From assembly GCA_024279945.1 (NCBI GenBank), contig JAJRRA010000071.1, positions 2,171-66,170 on the forward strand: 64,000 bases of DNA, in the 5' to 3' direction. The stretch comes from Gammaproteobacteria bacterium (GTDB lineage Bacteria > Pseudomonadota > Gammaproteobacteria > Xanthomonadales > SZUA-36). Below are positions 36,813 through 47,897 of the stretch, piece after piece (the stretch's first letter is position 1; each line of letters opens with the position of its first letter). The notes beneath the pieces were generated by a model that was given only the letters and a program-made list of their open reading frames with translations, was not told where the DNA came from and did no database searches. A program made the position numbers and the translations under genes.

Positions 36813-37820
36813 ATGAGCAAGCGAACCGTTCTGACCGGTATCACGACCACGGGTACTCCCCACCTGGGCAACTATGTTGGTGCGATGAAGCCCTGCATAG
36901 ACGCCAGCCATGATGCGGACGTTCAGTCTTATTATTTCCTGGCTGACTACCACGCGCTGGTGAAGAACCGGGATCCGGAGCAGATGCGCCAGTCCACCCT
37001 GGAGATTGCCGCTACCTGGCTGGCTCTGGGCCTGGATACGGACACGGCTGTTTTTTATCGGCAGTCGGATGTGCCGGAAATTCCGGAGCTGACCTGGATA
37101 CTGACCTGTTCAACAGCCAAGGGGCTGATGAACCGGGCTCATGCCTACAAAGCGGTGGTTCAGGGAAATGTGGAGGCAGGTGAGGATCCGGACTTTGCAG
37201 TCAATATGGGTCTGTTTTGCTACCCGGTGCTGATGGCCGCAGATATTTTGATGTTCAATTCCACCCATGTTCCGGTGGGTAACGACCAGGTTCAGCACCT
37301 GGAGATGGCACGTGATATAGCCCAGCGCTTCAATCATCACTACGGCGAACATTTCGTGCTGCCGGAGGCGGTGATTGACGAAAATGTTGCGACGTTGCCG
37401 GGGCAGGACGGGCGCAAGATGTCCAAGAGTTACAAAAATACGATTCCACTGTGGTTGCCGGAGAAACGGCTGCGCAAGGCTATTATGAAAATCGTGACCA
37501 ATTCCCTGGAGCCTGGTGAAAGCAAGGATCCGGATGATTCAGCCCTGTTTAAATTTTATGCGGCCTTCGCCGATCAGACGCAACGCGAAGAGATGCGCCA
37601 GGCCTATCGGGACGGTATCGCCTGGGGTGAGGCAAAACAGCAGACCTTCGAGTTGATCAACGGGGAATTGAGCGAGGGGCGCGAACGTTACGAGGCGCTG
37701 ATTTCAGAACCAGGGCGAATTGAAGAGATTCTGATCGAGGGAGCAAAAAAAGCCCGAGACTATGCCACGCCTTTCCTGACCCGGATCAAGGATGCAATCG
37801 GTATCCGCAAGCTGGGATGA
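36813..37820 (+). CDS. trpS: tryptophan--tRNA ligase
   Basis: Track start 36807 is TTG. ATG 36813 gives [21 protein letters not shown] (HIGH-type motif). KMSKS motif present ([10 protein letters not shown]). Confidence 0.9.
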   Translation: MSKRTVLTGITTTGTPHLGNYVGAMKPCIDASHDADVQSYYFLADYHALVKNRDPEQMRQSTLEIAATWLALGLDTDTAVFYRQSDVPEIPELTWILTCSTAKGLMNRAHAYKAVVQGNVEAGEDPDFAVNMGLFCYPVLMAADILMFNSTHVPVGNDQVQHLEMARDIAQRFNHHYGEHFVLPEAVIDENVATLPGQDGRKMSKSYKNTIPLWLPEKRLRKAIMKIVTNSLEPGESKDPDDSALFKFYAAFADQTQREEMRQAYRDGIAWGEAKQQTFELINGELSEGRERYEALISEPGRIEEILIEGAKKARDYATPFLTRIKDAIGIRKLG

Positions 37821-37865
37821 TCGCGGTATCATTGTTGTTTGCAATTGCAATTATATTACTGACAA

Positions 37866-39047
37866 ATGGACCAATCGGCTGAAGTCACTGCTGCAGCGGA
37901 AAATCTGGAATCCGCCGCACCCACCCTCCAGGCCCTGACGCTTGACGTCAGAATAGGGGACTTTCTGCCGGATTTCCTTCAGCCGGCCTGGTCATTGTTT
38001 CAACAGTATCCCCTGGTTCTCGGTCTGTTGATTATCATTTTCGGCTACCTGCTCGGCAAAGCATTGCAGTGGCTGGTAAGCAAAAGCCTGCAACGCATTA
38101 CCGCAAAGACCGCCACTGACTTCGATGACCGGCTGATTGATTTGCTGCTGGCGCCCATTTTGCAGACCACCGTGACCCTGTCACTGATTCTGGTTGTGCT
38201 GATTCCTGAAGCCCCTTCGTCTTTCAACCAGATCTCGATTCGCGTACTGGTGTCATTGCTGCTGATTTTCTGGGCCAGAGCCTGGTTCAAGGCTTCACAT
38301 ATGCTGCTGGAACTGATGGGCGCTCACCCAGATCGTTTCAGTGCTTTTCAGCCGCGCACCGTGCCCTTGATCGAAATGGGCTTCAAGTTGTTCATGCTGG
38401 GTGTGTTCGCTTACTTGCTAATGGCAATCTGGGGGGTCGATGGCACGGCCTGGCTGGCTTCGGCCGGTGTGATTGGTATTGCGGTAGGTTTTGCGGCAAA
38501 AGATACGCTGGCCAACCTGATTTCGGGTGTTTCCATCGTTGCTGACGCGCCATATAAAATCGGCGATTACATCGTTCTGGATACGGGAGAACGGGGCATT
38601 GTCACCAACCTGGGTATTCGCTCAACTCGCCTGCTGACCCGCGATGACGTGGAAGTGTCTATACCCAATGCGGTAATCGGTAATGCCAAAATTACCAATG
38701 AAAGTGGCGGGCCGTGGATAAAGCACCGAATCCGGGTAGCCGTTGGTGTGGCCTACGGCAGCAATACCGAGGAGGTCGTTGCCATACTGGAGCAGATCGC
38801 TTTGCAATGCCCGGGCATTAACAACAGTCCGGCGCCACGGGTCAGAATGCGGGCTTTCGGCGCCAGTTCACTGGATTTTGAATTGCTGGGCTGGATCAAT
38901 CATCCGGAATTGCGGGGGCGGGTGAAACATGACCTGCTGATGGAGATTGACCGGCGCTTCCGTGAAGAGGGCATTGTCATTCCTTTCCCACAACGGGATG
39001 TGCACATCAGGAGCGGAAATCTGGACGGAGACTCCGGTCAGCTCTGA
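37866..39047 (+). CDS. MscS-family mechanosensitive channel
   Basis: 393-aa ORF. N-terminal TM helices, then the MscS beta-domain signature PYKIGDYIVLDTGERGIVTNLGIRSTRLLTRDDVEVSIPN. Confidence 0.85.
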   Translation: MDQSAEVTAAAENLESAAPTLQALTLDVRIGDFLPDFLQPAWSLFQQYPLVLGLLIIIFGYLLGKALQWLVSKSLQRITAKTATDFDDRLIDLLLAPILQTTVTLSLILVVLIPEAPSSFNQISIRVLVSLLLIFWARAWFKASHMLLELMGAHPDRFSAFQPRTVPLIEMGFKLFMLGVFAYLLMAIWGVDGTAWLASAGVIGIAVGFAAKDTLANLISGVSIVADAPYKIGDYIVLDTGERGIVTNLGIRSTRLLTRDDVEVSIPNAVIGNAKITNESGGPWIKHRIRVAVGVAYGSNTEEVVAILEQIALQCPGINNSPAPRVRMRAFGASSLDFELLGWINHPELRGRVKHDLLMEIDRRFREEGIVIPFPQRDVHIRSGNLDGDSGQL

Positions 39048-39077
39048 ATGCATGGGCTTGGCACGACACCTGTGGGA

Positions 39078-39326
39078 TCAGTCAAGCCCGTCAGATTCCG
39101 GGGATTCCAATCGTTTCTCCAGTGCTTCCAGCTTTTCCCGGGTGCGGGCCAGCACCGTGCACTGTGCATCAAACTCTTCCCGGGTGACCAGGTTCATTTT
39201 TTCAAATGCACTGCTTAATATAGCCTGGAAGCCGGCTTCAGCTTCTTTTTTCGCTGCAGAAAGCCCCGGCGGCAACGAGTCGCTCAGTTTACGGGTCAAA
39301 TCATCAACAGTTCGCAGATCAATCAT
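39078..39326 (-). CDS. ubiK: UbiK/YqiC-family ubiquinone biosynthesis accessory factor
   Basis: 82-aa coiled-coil ORF. MIDLRTVDDLTRKLSDSLPPGL...LVTREEFDAQCTVLARTREKLEALEKRL is typical of UbiK/BMFP. Divergent from glnK as in pseudomonads. Confidence 0.7.
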   Translation of the reverse strand: MIDLRTVDDLTRKLSDSLPPGLSAAKKEAEAGFQAILSSAFEKMNLVTREEFDAQCTVLARTREKLEALEKRLESPESDGLD

Positions 39327-39393
39327 GTTTTTTTCCTTTTTTTCATACTCGCAAAGCTTGCGGCCTGATTATGCTCGCATTACAGTCAGGTGA

Positions 39394-39759
<366 letters not shown>

Positions 39760-40000
39760 TGTCCCTTGTCTCGCCGGCTACTGTAAGGGGGGCTCGGGTG
39801 GCAGATATTGGTTTGTGATTTCGCCAGTTTTTCGCAGCTTTCACCAATTTGCACGAAATAAGAAACTAATTCCGGCTCCAGAGCGTCTACTATCGGTGCT
39901 GGTGGTAGCTGGTGTTGGAAGAAAGTTGGGGTAATGGCCCGGGAATTGCATGAATACCTGTCGTACATGAAGAACTAACTGAGCAAGAAGAATATCTGAA

Positions 40001-42190
40001 GTGGCAGAAAGACATTCATTTATATCGGCTACGCTGGCTGAACTGACCCGGCGCAAAGTACTCCGTACGGTGGGTGCTTACGCAGTGGGTGTGTTTGTCT
40101 TGCTGCAACTGATGGATGCTGCAGTTGAGCCATTGCGCTTGCCGGACTGGGTTCCGACTCTGGTTATTATCGTGGTGATCCTGGGTTTTCCATTGGTATT
40201 TCTGCTGGCCTGGCACCTGGAACTTACCCCTGCTGGCGTGCAAAAAGCTGAGCCGGCCGGCCTGGTCAGCAAGTCCCAGAGCGCCATTCTTTTCAGCCTT
40301 ATGTTGCTGGCCATGTTCGGTCTGGCCTTTGTTTTTTATCAGTACTATTCTGAAGTTTTCGAAGCCGGATCTGCTCAGTCGGTCGTTGATCAACGGGATT
40401 TTCAGGCTCCTGAAAATTCCATTGCGGTGCTGCCATTCACAGATATGTCGGCAGAGGGGGACCAGGCTTATTTTTCGGATGGGGTTTCCGAGGAGATTCT
40501 TAACTTGCTGGCCGGAGTGGAAGGCTTGCATGTGGCTGCCCGGACTTCATCTTTTGCTTTTCGGGACAGCAAGACAAATATTCGTGAAATTGGCAGGTTG
40601 CTGAATGTCCGGACCTTACTCGAGGGCAGTGTGCGGAAAATCGGTAAGCGGATTCGTCTGACAGCGCAATTGATCAACATTGAGGATGGTTTTCATATTT
40701 GGTCTAAAACCTATGACCGTGAATTGGATGACATATTCGCAATTCAGGACGAAGTCTCCAATCAGATAGCTGCCGCACTGGTCGAATCCTTTAAAGGGCT
40801 TGCCATCAAGCCGGTCGGGCGGACACACATTTTCGCCGCATCACAAGCTTATCGAACCGGGCGTATTCACTGGTGGCGGCGTACACCCAATGAACTGCAG
40901 CGAGCGATTGAGCTGTTTGCAACCGCTCTGGAGCATGATGCCCGTTTCGCCCCGGCTTACGCAGCCATGGCCGACACATGGCTGTTGCTGTCCCTCTACG
41001 GCAATGTGAACACGCTCAAGGCCACCCGAAAGGCAGAAACAATGATTGAAAAGGCCTTGGAAATCGACCCTGGGTCAGCCGAAGCATTTGCTGCCCTGGG
41101 GCTTGCGCGGTGGCAAATTGGTCAGATGGATGCGGCGGAATCGGCGCTCCGGCAGGCAGTGGAATTGAACGAGAACTACGTGCCCGCGCAACTGTGGCTG
41201 GCCGGTTTACTGGGGCAACTGGGACGCTATCCGGAAGAGCACCTGGTGCTTAAAAATGCAATGGCAATTGATCCCCTGAATGAACTGTTGGCGATCAATT
41301 ATTCTCAGAATCTGGCGGTCACGGGCAACTGGAGCAAAGCCAAAGAACTAATGGATCGGCTGATTGAATTGCGGCCCGATTCGACCATGTTGCTCCGCTC
41401 GATGGCGGCTTATGAGTTAGCGCACGGAAACCTGGTGGAAGCCTGGAATTTCGCTCATCGCGCCTGGCAGTTGCAGCCGGATAATCCGGAGGATATTTCC
41501 GTTCTGGCCAAGACCTGGATGGCGCTTGGAGAAGTTGAGGAAGCAGAACAGATTATTCAGCGAGGCCTCGAAAAATCAGGACAGAACAGTAATCTTTTAT
41601 CCACCTACTGGATGGCACTGATGATCTCACATCGCTTTGAGGAAGCGGAGACGCTGGTGCGGGACAGGGTGTTGGAGTTTGGTGATGGCTTGCCGGATGC
41701 AATGCTTCGCCGTTTTAATTTTCTACTTGGCATCGTTGCTTTTTCCCGCGAGGATTATCCCCGTGCTTACAGCTTGTTTAGTTCGGCAATGGGTGACGAG
41801 GATGGACACGTTTTTCAGGGGGACGAGATATGGGTCACCACGATGGCTTCACTGGTATCGGAGATCGTTGGCAAGCATGAGGAGGCAGAGTCCAGGCTGG
41901 CGACCGCGGAGCGGGCTGTGCAGCGTGCACGGCTGAACGGAGTTGATGATCCGGGTATCTACTACACCGAGGCGGTTCTTCTTGCCATGCGGGATCAACC
42001 GGAAAAAGCCATGGAGAAACTCAGTCAGGCATATGAGCGGGGATTTCGTGAGCTCTGGACCATCGATCTGGACCGCCGCCTGGATTCTTTGCGTGAACTG
42101 CCTGGATTCATCGACCTGAAAAATCGCATGAGCGACGATATCAGTCAGGCACTTGCAGAGGTCAGGTCTGTGAGGCTGGCACGACGCTGA
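40001..42190 (+). CDS. membrane-anchored TPR-repeat protein with a TolB-N-like periplasmic module
   Basis: 729-aa GTG-start ORF. Two N-terminal TM helices. IAVLPFTDMSAEGDQAYFSDGVSEEILNLLA...RLTAQLINIEDGFHIWSKTYDRELDDIFAIQDEVSNQIA module, followed by multiple TPR-like repeats. Confidence 0.65.
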   Translation: MAERHSFISATLAELTRRKVLRTVGAYAVGVFVLLQLMDAAVEPLRLPDWVPTLVIIVVILGFPLVFLLAWHLELTPAGVQKAEPAGLVSKSQSAILFSLMLLAMFGLAFVFYQYYSEVFEAGSAQSVVDQRDFQAPENSIAVLPFTDMSAEGDQAYFSDGVSEEILNLLAGVEGLHVAARTSSFAFRDSKTNIREIGRLLNVRTLLEGSVRKIGKRIRLTAQLINIEDGFHIWSKTYDRELDDIFAIQDEVSNQIAAALVESFKGLAIKPVGRTHIFAASQAYRTGRIHWWRRTPNELQRAIELFATALEHDARFAPAYAAMADTWLLLSLYGNVNTLKATRKAETMIEKALEIDPGSAEAFAALGLARWQIGQMDAAESALRQAVELNENYVPAQLWLAGLLGQLGRYPEEHLVLKNAMAIDPLNELLAINYSQNLAVTGNWSKAKELMDRLIELRPDSTMLLRSMAAYELAHGNLVEAWNFAHRAWQLQPDNPEDISVLAKTWMALGEVEEAEQIIQRGLEKSGQNSNLLSTYWMALMISHRFEEAETLVRDRVLEFGDGLPDAMLRRFNFLLGIVAFSREDYPRAYSLFSSAMGDEDGHVFQGDEIWVTTMASLVSEIVGKHEEAESRLATAERAVQRARLNGVDDPGIYYTEAVLLAMRDQPEKAMEKLSQAYERGFRELWTIDLDRRLDSLRELPGFIDLKNRMSDDISQALAEVRSVRLARR

Positions 42191-42211
42191 GAGTCTGCCT
42201 GTATCAATTTT

Positions 42212-44284
42212 TCAAACGCCTGCGAACCTCGTTGAGTCACCAATCCATCGGCGCACCAGTTTCTCCACCTGTTCCGGATTTTCCCTGGACAGCCGGTCTG
42301 CCACGGGTGGAATCTGCTCCAGCAAGTGCCGATCACGGGCCAGATCCGCCACCCGGAACTGGAGCATGCCGGTCTGTCGCGTACCCAGAACCTCGCCGGG
42401 TCCGCGTAGTTCCAGGTCCTTTTCGGCAATCTGGAAACCGTCTGATGTTTTGCGCAGGATATCCAGCCTTTGTCTGGCCAGAGGTCCGATTGGCGGGTTG
42501 TACATCAGGACGCAGGATGCCTGCTGCTCACCGCGGCCGACCCGGCCTCTGAGTTGATGCAATTGGGCGAGCCCCAGGCGCTCGGCATTTTCGATGATCA
42601 TCAGCGATGCATTCGGTACATCCACTCCCACCTCGATTACGGTCGTGGCCACCAGTAGCTGGATCCCGCCCTGCTTGAAGCGATCCATTATCTCCTGTTT
42701 GTCCACGGCCTTCATGCGCCCGTGTATGAGGCCCACACAGACGCCGGACAGACCGGTTTGCAGTTCCAGGGCCACGTCCTGCGCAGCCTGGGCCTGGACC
42801 ACATCAGACTCTTCGATCAGCGTGCAGACCCAGTAAGCCTGTTTTCCTTGTGCACAGGCTGCCGCCACCCGTGCGATGACTTCGTTGCGGCGACTGTTCG
42901 AGATAGCGACTGTGGTGACGGGCTTTCTTCCGGGGGGTAGCTCACCTATCACGGAAGTTTCCAGGCCCGCGTAGGCTGTCATCGCCAGTGTTCGTGGAAT
43001 CGGGGTGGCCGTCATGATCAACTGGTGGGCGTGCAGTGAGGTTTCAGACGCCTTGTCCAGCAGTGAGAGGCGTTGATGGACGCCGAAGCGGTGTTGCTCA
43101 TCTACGATAACCAGCCCCAGTTGCCCAAATTGGACGCCTTCCTGCATCAGGGCATGAGTGCCAATAACCAACGGCACCCCTTCGCGAATGGCTTTGAGCG
43201 CTGCCTGCCGGGCCTTTCCGGTGACCTTGCCGCTGAGCCAAGTGGGCTTCATATTCATGGGCTTCAGCCACTCAGTGAAGCTGCGCAGGTGCTGTTCGGC
43301 CAGTAATTCAGTTGGTGCGGTAATGGCGGTCTGGTAGCCGTTACCCATGGCCCGGAGTGCAGCCATTGCAGCGACCACAGTTTTGCCTGAACCCACATCC
43401 CCTTGTACCAGTCTTTGCATCGGGTGCCTGAGTGCAAGATCCCGATGGATTTCATCGATTACACGTTCTTGCGCTGCGGTCAGACTGAACGGCAGGTGCC
43501 GAATAAAATCGCCCTCCAGGACCGAAATTCTATCCATAACGGGTGCACGGAAGCGGCGTTGCCGTTGGTGTAATTGCTGCATGCTGAGGTTATGTGCCAG
43601 CAATTCTTCCAGCGCCAGGCGTTGCTGGGCGGGGTGTCTTCTCTCCACCAGGGCCGCCACATCAGCGCCTGCCGGTGGCCGGTGGATATAGTGGATGGCA
43701 GCCTCCAGAGACATCATTCGGAGCTTTCCGCGCAGGTCCTCCGGCAGAAGCTCTTCGAGCACCAGGCTGTGTTGTTCAAGCAGCGCCAGTGCCTGGTCGC
43801 TTAACTTGAGCCAGCGCGCCTGTCCCAGGCCTTCCACCGATGGGTAGACCGGTGTGAGGCGATCCGAGAGCGCTTCATCCGGTTCATTGAGGATTCTCTT
43901 GTAGCTGGGGTGAACCATTTCCAGGCCCTGGAAGCCGGTGCGCACTTCCCCGTAGCAGCGCAAGCGTGTTCCACGGGAGAGTTGTTGCTTCTGGGCGGCG
44001 CGAAAATGAAAAAACCGCAGTGTGATGTGCCCGGTGCCATCAGACAGTACAATGACCAGCATAGATCGCCGCGCCCGGACGATTGCCGAGTGCTGCACTT
44101 CGCCTTCCACCTGGACCTGGGCTCCGGGATACAGGCTGCCAATCGGGTGAATGCGGGTCCGGTCCTCGTAGCGAAAAGGCAGGTGAAACAAAAGATCCTG
44201 GACCGTGTGTATGTCCAGTTGCCCCAATGATGCTGCAAGTTGCGGCCCTACACCATGTAACTCCCGGAGCGCAGGAACCGTCAT
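42212..44284 (-). CDS. recG: ATP-dependent DNA helicase RecG
   Basis: 690-aa ORF. Wedge domain, Walker A GDVGSGKT, DEQH box (VDEQHRFG) and LHGRMK-like IHGRMK motif. Confidence 0.9.
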   Translation of the reverse strand: MTVPALRELHGVGPQLAASLGQLDIHTVQDLLFHLPFRYEDRTRIHPIGSLYPGAQVQVEGEVQHSAIVRARRSMLVIVLSDGTGHITLRFFHFRAAQKQQLSRGTRLRCYGEVRTGFQGLEMVHPSYKRILNEPDEALSDRLTPVYPSVEGLGQARWLKLSDQALALLEQHSLVLEELLPEDLRGKLRMMSLEAAIHYIHRPPAGADVAALVERRHPAQQRLALEELLAHNLSMQQLHQRQRRFRAPVMDRISVLEGDFIRHLPFSLTAAQERVIDEIHRDLALRHPMQRLVQGDVGSGKTVVAAMAALRAMGNGYQTAITAPTELLAEQHLRSFTEWLKPMNMKPTWLSGKVTGKARQAALKAIREGVPLVIGTHALMQEGVQFGQLGLVIVDEQHRFGVHQRLSLLDKASETSLHAHQLIMTATPIPRTLAMTAYAGLETSVIGELPPGRKPVTTVAISNSRRNEVIARVAAACAQGKQAYWVCTLIEESDVVQAQAAQDVALELQTGLSGVCVGLIHGRMKAVDKQEIMDRFKQGGIQLLVATTVIEVGVDVPNASLMIIENAERLGLAQLHQLRGRVGRGEQQASCVLMYNPPIGPLARQRLDILRKTSDGFQIAEKDLELRGPGEVLGTRQTGMLQFRVADLARDRHLLEQIPPVADRLSRENPEQVEKLVRRWIGDSTRFAGV

Positions 44285-44302
44285 TTCAGCACGGACGGGA
44301 AT

Positions 44303-44682
44303 TTATAATCCCAGGATCGCATCCATTTCAACCTGCGCGCCACGTGGCAGGGCCGCTACACCAACCGCAGCTCGCGCAGGGTACGGCTCGGTAAAGTATT
44401 CCGCCATGATGGTATTTACAGCAGGGAAATTGACCATGTCAGTCAGAAAAATATTCAGTTTGAGAATATCATTCAGGCTGCCGCCCGCCGCTTCGCAAAC
44501 GGCCTGCAGGTTCATGAAGACACGATGAATTTGCGCCTCGACATCCCCATCAACTATTTCCATGCTGCCAGGATCCAGCGGGATCTGGCCTGAAAGGTAA
44601 CAACATCGCCGTGACGTGTTGCTTGTGAATAAGTGCCGATGGCTGCCGGCGCCTGTTGGGTGCTGATGATTTGTTTCGTCAT
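44303..44682 (-). pseudogene. ridA: RidA/YjgF-family enamine/imine deaminase interrupted by a 1-nt frameshift
   Basis: ATG 44682 gives [30 protein letters not shown], then runs out of frame to TAG at 44554-44556. The other frame (track ORF 44303..44563) continues as (S)[20 protein letters not shown]...[25 protein letters not shown]. The two frames join if one extra T is added to the TTT run (plus-strand AAA 44593-44595). 380 nt + 1 = 127 codons. Confidence 0.8.
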
Positions 44683-44718
44683 TTTTTAAGCTCTGGTTTG
44701 AAGGAATTCTTGCTTTGT

Positions 44719-46848
44719 TCAGCCGACCCGGTTGACACGAATCACGTAGCTGTTTCTTTTCAGTCTGCGCATGACCCGGGCCATGTGGTCACGATCTTTG
44801 ACGCTGATCGTAAACAGCAGCGTCGCCTGCTCCGGGTTGGCCTCGGGTTGTGCAACCGTCTCGATATTGCTGTCGGCCCGGCCGATACTGGCGGAAATAT
44901 TGGCCAGAACCCCTGGTGTGTTGCGGGCGATAATGCGCACCGCGACCGGGAATTTTCCTTTGGTAATGGGCGCCCAGACGACATCCACGCAGCGGTCAGG
45001 GTGCTTGCGAAACTCATGTACATTCTGGCAGCTTACACGGTGAACAACCACACCCTTGTCGGTTGAGACAAAGGCCATGATCTTGTCACCCGGGACCGGC
45101 TGGCAACAGGCGCCGAAACTAACGGCGCTATCTTCGGAACCGGCTATACTCAGGGCTTCTACTGCATCCTTGTCGGTCGGAAACAGGTTTGAGTCGGGTG
45201 CGAGTTTCGCTGCTACCATATTGGCCAGCGTAGTGCCCAGGGCCAGATCGTGGAAAAGGTCTTCCTGGCGTTCCAGGAGATTTTCGGAAAGAAAATAATC
45301 CCACCGCTCCGGTGTTATCGCTTCAACCGAACTGCCCCGTGCATTGAGGGCTTTTTCCAGCAAGCGCAGACCCAGTGCAACGGTATCTTCCTGGCGAAGG
45401 CTCTTGAGATAATGCCGGATTGCGGTACGCGCGCGTGCGGTTGCCACGAATCCCAGCCATTCCGGGAGTGGCTGAACATCGGGATCAGTGAGGATTTTGA
45501 CCATCTGGCCATTATCCAGGCGGGTAGAGAGCGGGACTTCTACCTTGTCGACCAGTGCTTTTGCGGTGTGATTTCCCACATCTGTATGGATGGCATAGGC
45601 GAAATCCAGGGCCGTGGAGTTCTGGCGTAAATCGATAATTTTTCCCTTGGGCGTGAAGATGAATATCTCATCGGGGAACAGGTCGGATTTCGCGTGATCA
45701 AGAAATTCCAGGGAATCACCCGTATGCCGTTGTACATCAACCAGTTGCATCAGCCATTCCCGTGCACGGACTTGTGCGGAACCATCGGCATCCTCGCCGG
45801 TTTTATACTGCCAGTGCGCCGCTGCGCCTTTGCTTGCCATGATGTCCATTTCCTCCGTTCGGATCTGGATCTCGATCGGCAGGCCATAAGGACTGTTCAG
45901 GATGGTGTGCAGAGACTGGTATCCATTGGCTTTGGGCAGGGCGATAAAATCCTTGAAACGGCCGGGTTTTGGCTGGTACAGGCTGTGAACTGCGCCCAGC
46001 GCGAGATAACATTGCGTTTCCGCCTGTGTAATGATGCGAAAAGCATAAAAATCAGTCACTTTGGAGAAAGATAAATCCTTAGCCAGCATCTTTTTGTAAA
46101 TACTGTAAGCAGATTTTTTGCGACCGGTGATGCGGCAAGGCACGCTGGCTTCGTCCATCTTTTTCTCAATCGCCGCCATGATGTTTCCGACAATTTCTTC
46201 GCGATGGCCGGTCATCGTCTGCAGGTGTTCTGAGATGGTACGGTGCCGCCAGGGATACAGGTTGGCCAGGCCCAGATCTTCGAGTTCGTGTTTCATGCTG
46301 TTCATGCCCAGGCGGTCAGCAATGGGCGCATAGATATCCAGGGTTTCGCGCGCAATACGGCGGCGTGACGGACGTTCCATGCTTTCCAGGGTGCGCATGT
46401 TGTGCAGACGGTCTGCCAGTTTGATAAAGATCACCCGCAGATCCCGTGACATGGCCAGCATGAGTTTGCGGAAGCTTTCCGCATCCGCCTCGATGCGGGT
46501 GCGGAATTTCATCTTGTCAAGCTTGGTCACACCATCCACGAGGTCGGCGATGAACTCACCAAACTCACGGACAATATCCGCTTTGGTGAGTGGTGTGTCT
46601 TCTATGGTGTCATGCAATATCGCGGCAGCAATACTTTCATGATCCATGCGCATGCTGGCAAGGATATGGGCAACCGCGACCGGGTGGTGGATGTAAGGCT
46701 CCCCGGTTTTCCGGGTTTGCCCCTTGTGGGCGGCGTTGCCGATTTCGAAAGCCCGCAGGATGATTGTGACCTTGTCAGGGTCAAGGTACGTGTTTAGCAA
46801 GTCTTTGAGCTTGAGGAAAGGTTCAGCGGATACTGTGGTTTCCTGCAT
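44719..46848 (-). CDS. spoT: bifunctional (p)ppGpp synthetase/hydrolase
   Basis: 709-aa ORF. HD domain ([10 protein letters not shown]...HDTIEDT), RelA/SpoT synthetase domain, and TGS and C-terminal ACT regions. Confidence 0.9.
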   Translation of the reverse strand: MQETTVSAEPFLKLKDLLNTYLDPDKVTIILRAFEIGNAAHKGQTRKTGEPYIHHPVAVAHILASMRMDHESIAAAILHDTIEDTPLTKADIVREFGEFIADLVDGVTKLDKMKFRTRIEADAESFRKLMLAMSRDLRVIFIKLADRLHNMRTLESMERPSRRRIARETLDIYAPIADRLGMNSMKHELEDLGLANLYPWRHRTISEHLQTMTGHREEIVGNIMAAIEKKMDEASVPCRITGRKKSAYSIYKKMLAKDLSFSKVTDFYAFRIITQAETQCYLALGAVHSLYQPKPGRFKDFIALPKANGYQSLHTILNSPYGLPIEIQIRTEEMDIMASKGAAAHWQYKTGEDADGSAQVRAREWLMQLVDVQRHTGDSLEFLDHAKSDLFPDEIFIFTPKGKIIDLRQNSTALDFAYAIHTDVGNHTAKALVDKVEVPLSTRLDNGQMVKILTDPDVQPLPEWLGFVATARARTAIRHYLKSLRQEDTVALGLRLLEKALNARGSSVEAITPERWDYFLSENLLERQEDLFHDLALGTTLANMVAAKLAPDSNLFPTDKDAVEALSIAGSEDSAVSFGACCQPVPGDKIMAFVSTDKGVVVHRVSCQNVHEFRKHPDRCVDVVWAPITKGKFPVAVRIIARNTPGVLANISASIGRADSNIETVAQPEANPEQATLLFTISVKDRDHMARVMRRLKRNSYVIRVNRVG

Positions 46849-46887
46849 GGGACTGAAAATCCTTAGAGCACTGGCAGCGCCCTGGGT

Positions 46888-47151
46888 TCAGGGCGTAAGT
46901 TCATCATCCTCTGCTTGCAGATCAAATGCCTCCGCTGCTTCTATTTCCGCCTGGATGAGGTCGACGCTTTCGGCGGTGATAAAGCCTTCAGCAATTTCGC
47001 GCAGCGCGATCACCGTGGGTTTGTCATTTTCTTCCTCTACCAGTGGTTCTGCGCCATTGGCGATCTGGCGAGCACGCTTGGTAGCGGTCAGTACCAGTTC
47101 AAAACGGTTGTCAACATTGTCGAGACAGTCTTCTACTGTGATTCGTGCCAT
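46888..47151 (-). CDS. rpoZ: DNA-directed RNA polymerase omega subunit
   Basis: 87-aa [33 protein letters not shown] is the canonical RpoZ start. Confidence 0.9.
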   Translation of the reverse strand: MARITVEDCLDNVDNRFELVLTATKRARQIANGAEPLVEEENDKPTVIALREIAEGFITAESVDLIQAEIEAAEAFDLQAEDDELTP

Positions 47152-47229
47152 TGTATGTATTCCTGATTGCTATTTAGCAATATGCCTGTGTGTGCCAGGG
47201 CCTTAAAAGGCCGGGCTGAACCTACCATT

Positions 47230-47853
47230 TTATCTATTTTCCTGCAGTTGTGCCAGAAGATCGTTAACACGGTCCTTTTGGTCTGTGCGAACCGGCTTTT
47301 GATATCGAACAATGGACTCCAGGTCAGTCAGAGCTTTATCGAACTGATCATTGATAATCAGATAGTCAAACTCGTTCGCATGTGAGATTTCCGCCTGGGC
47401 TTCGCGCATGCGCCGGTCGATCACTTCATCGCTGTCCTGTCCACGCCTGGTGAGGCGACTGTGTAATACGTTCAGTGAAGGCGGAAGGATAAAAATCGTA
47501 CCACAGGCCGGAAAAGATTTTCGGACCTGGCGGGCGCCTTGCCAGTCGATGTCCAGCAGGACATTGAAGCCTGCCTGCAATTTTTTATTCACTGCATCAC
47601 GCCCGGTTCCATAGCGATGCCCGAATACTTCGGCATGTTCGAGAAAGGCATTTTTTTCGATCAGTTCGAGAAACGCCTGCTCATCAATGAAGTGATAGTG
47701 GACACCATCCTCCTCGCCGGGACGTGCTGCTCGTGTGGTGTAGGATACCGAGAGGCTGACCCGCTCATCTTTTTCCAGCAGAGCATTGATCAGGCTGGTT
47801 TTGCCTCCGCCGGATGGGGCTGAAAGGACATAAAGCTGCGGTTTAGCCTGCAT
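47230..47853 (-). CDS. gmk: guanylate kinase
   Basis: 207-aa ORF. P-loop SAPSGGGKTSL and SVSYTTRAARPGEEDGVHYHF. Confidence 0.9.
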   Translation of the reverse strand: MQAKPQLYVLSAPSGGGKTSLINALLEKDERVSLSVSYTTRAARPGEEDGVHYHFIDEQAFLELIEKNAFLEHAEVFGHRYGTGRDAVNKKLQAGFNVLLDIDWQGARQVRKSFPACGTIFILPPSLNVLHSRLTRRGQDSDEVIDRRMREAQAEISHANEFDYLIINDQFDKALTDLESIVRYQKPVRTDQKDRVNDLLAQLQENR

Positions 47854-47897
47854 AATGCACCGCTATCCTGAGCCTGGTCGCCGCTTGTGCATGATAT

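Noticed and set aside
39340-39380. Sigma-54 (NtrC-dependent) promoter upstream of glnK
   Set aside because: GCGGCCTGATTATGCT has GG and GC elements, but they are separated by 9 nt rather than the required 10, and it lacks the TGGCAC/TTGCA context.
39760-40000. Remnant amtB or a small gene in the gap after glnK
   Set aside because: The overlapping track ORFs (39521..39934, 39756..39968, 39841..40056) show no ammonium-transporter-like hydrophobic pattern or any other motif. The gap is left unannotated.
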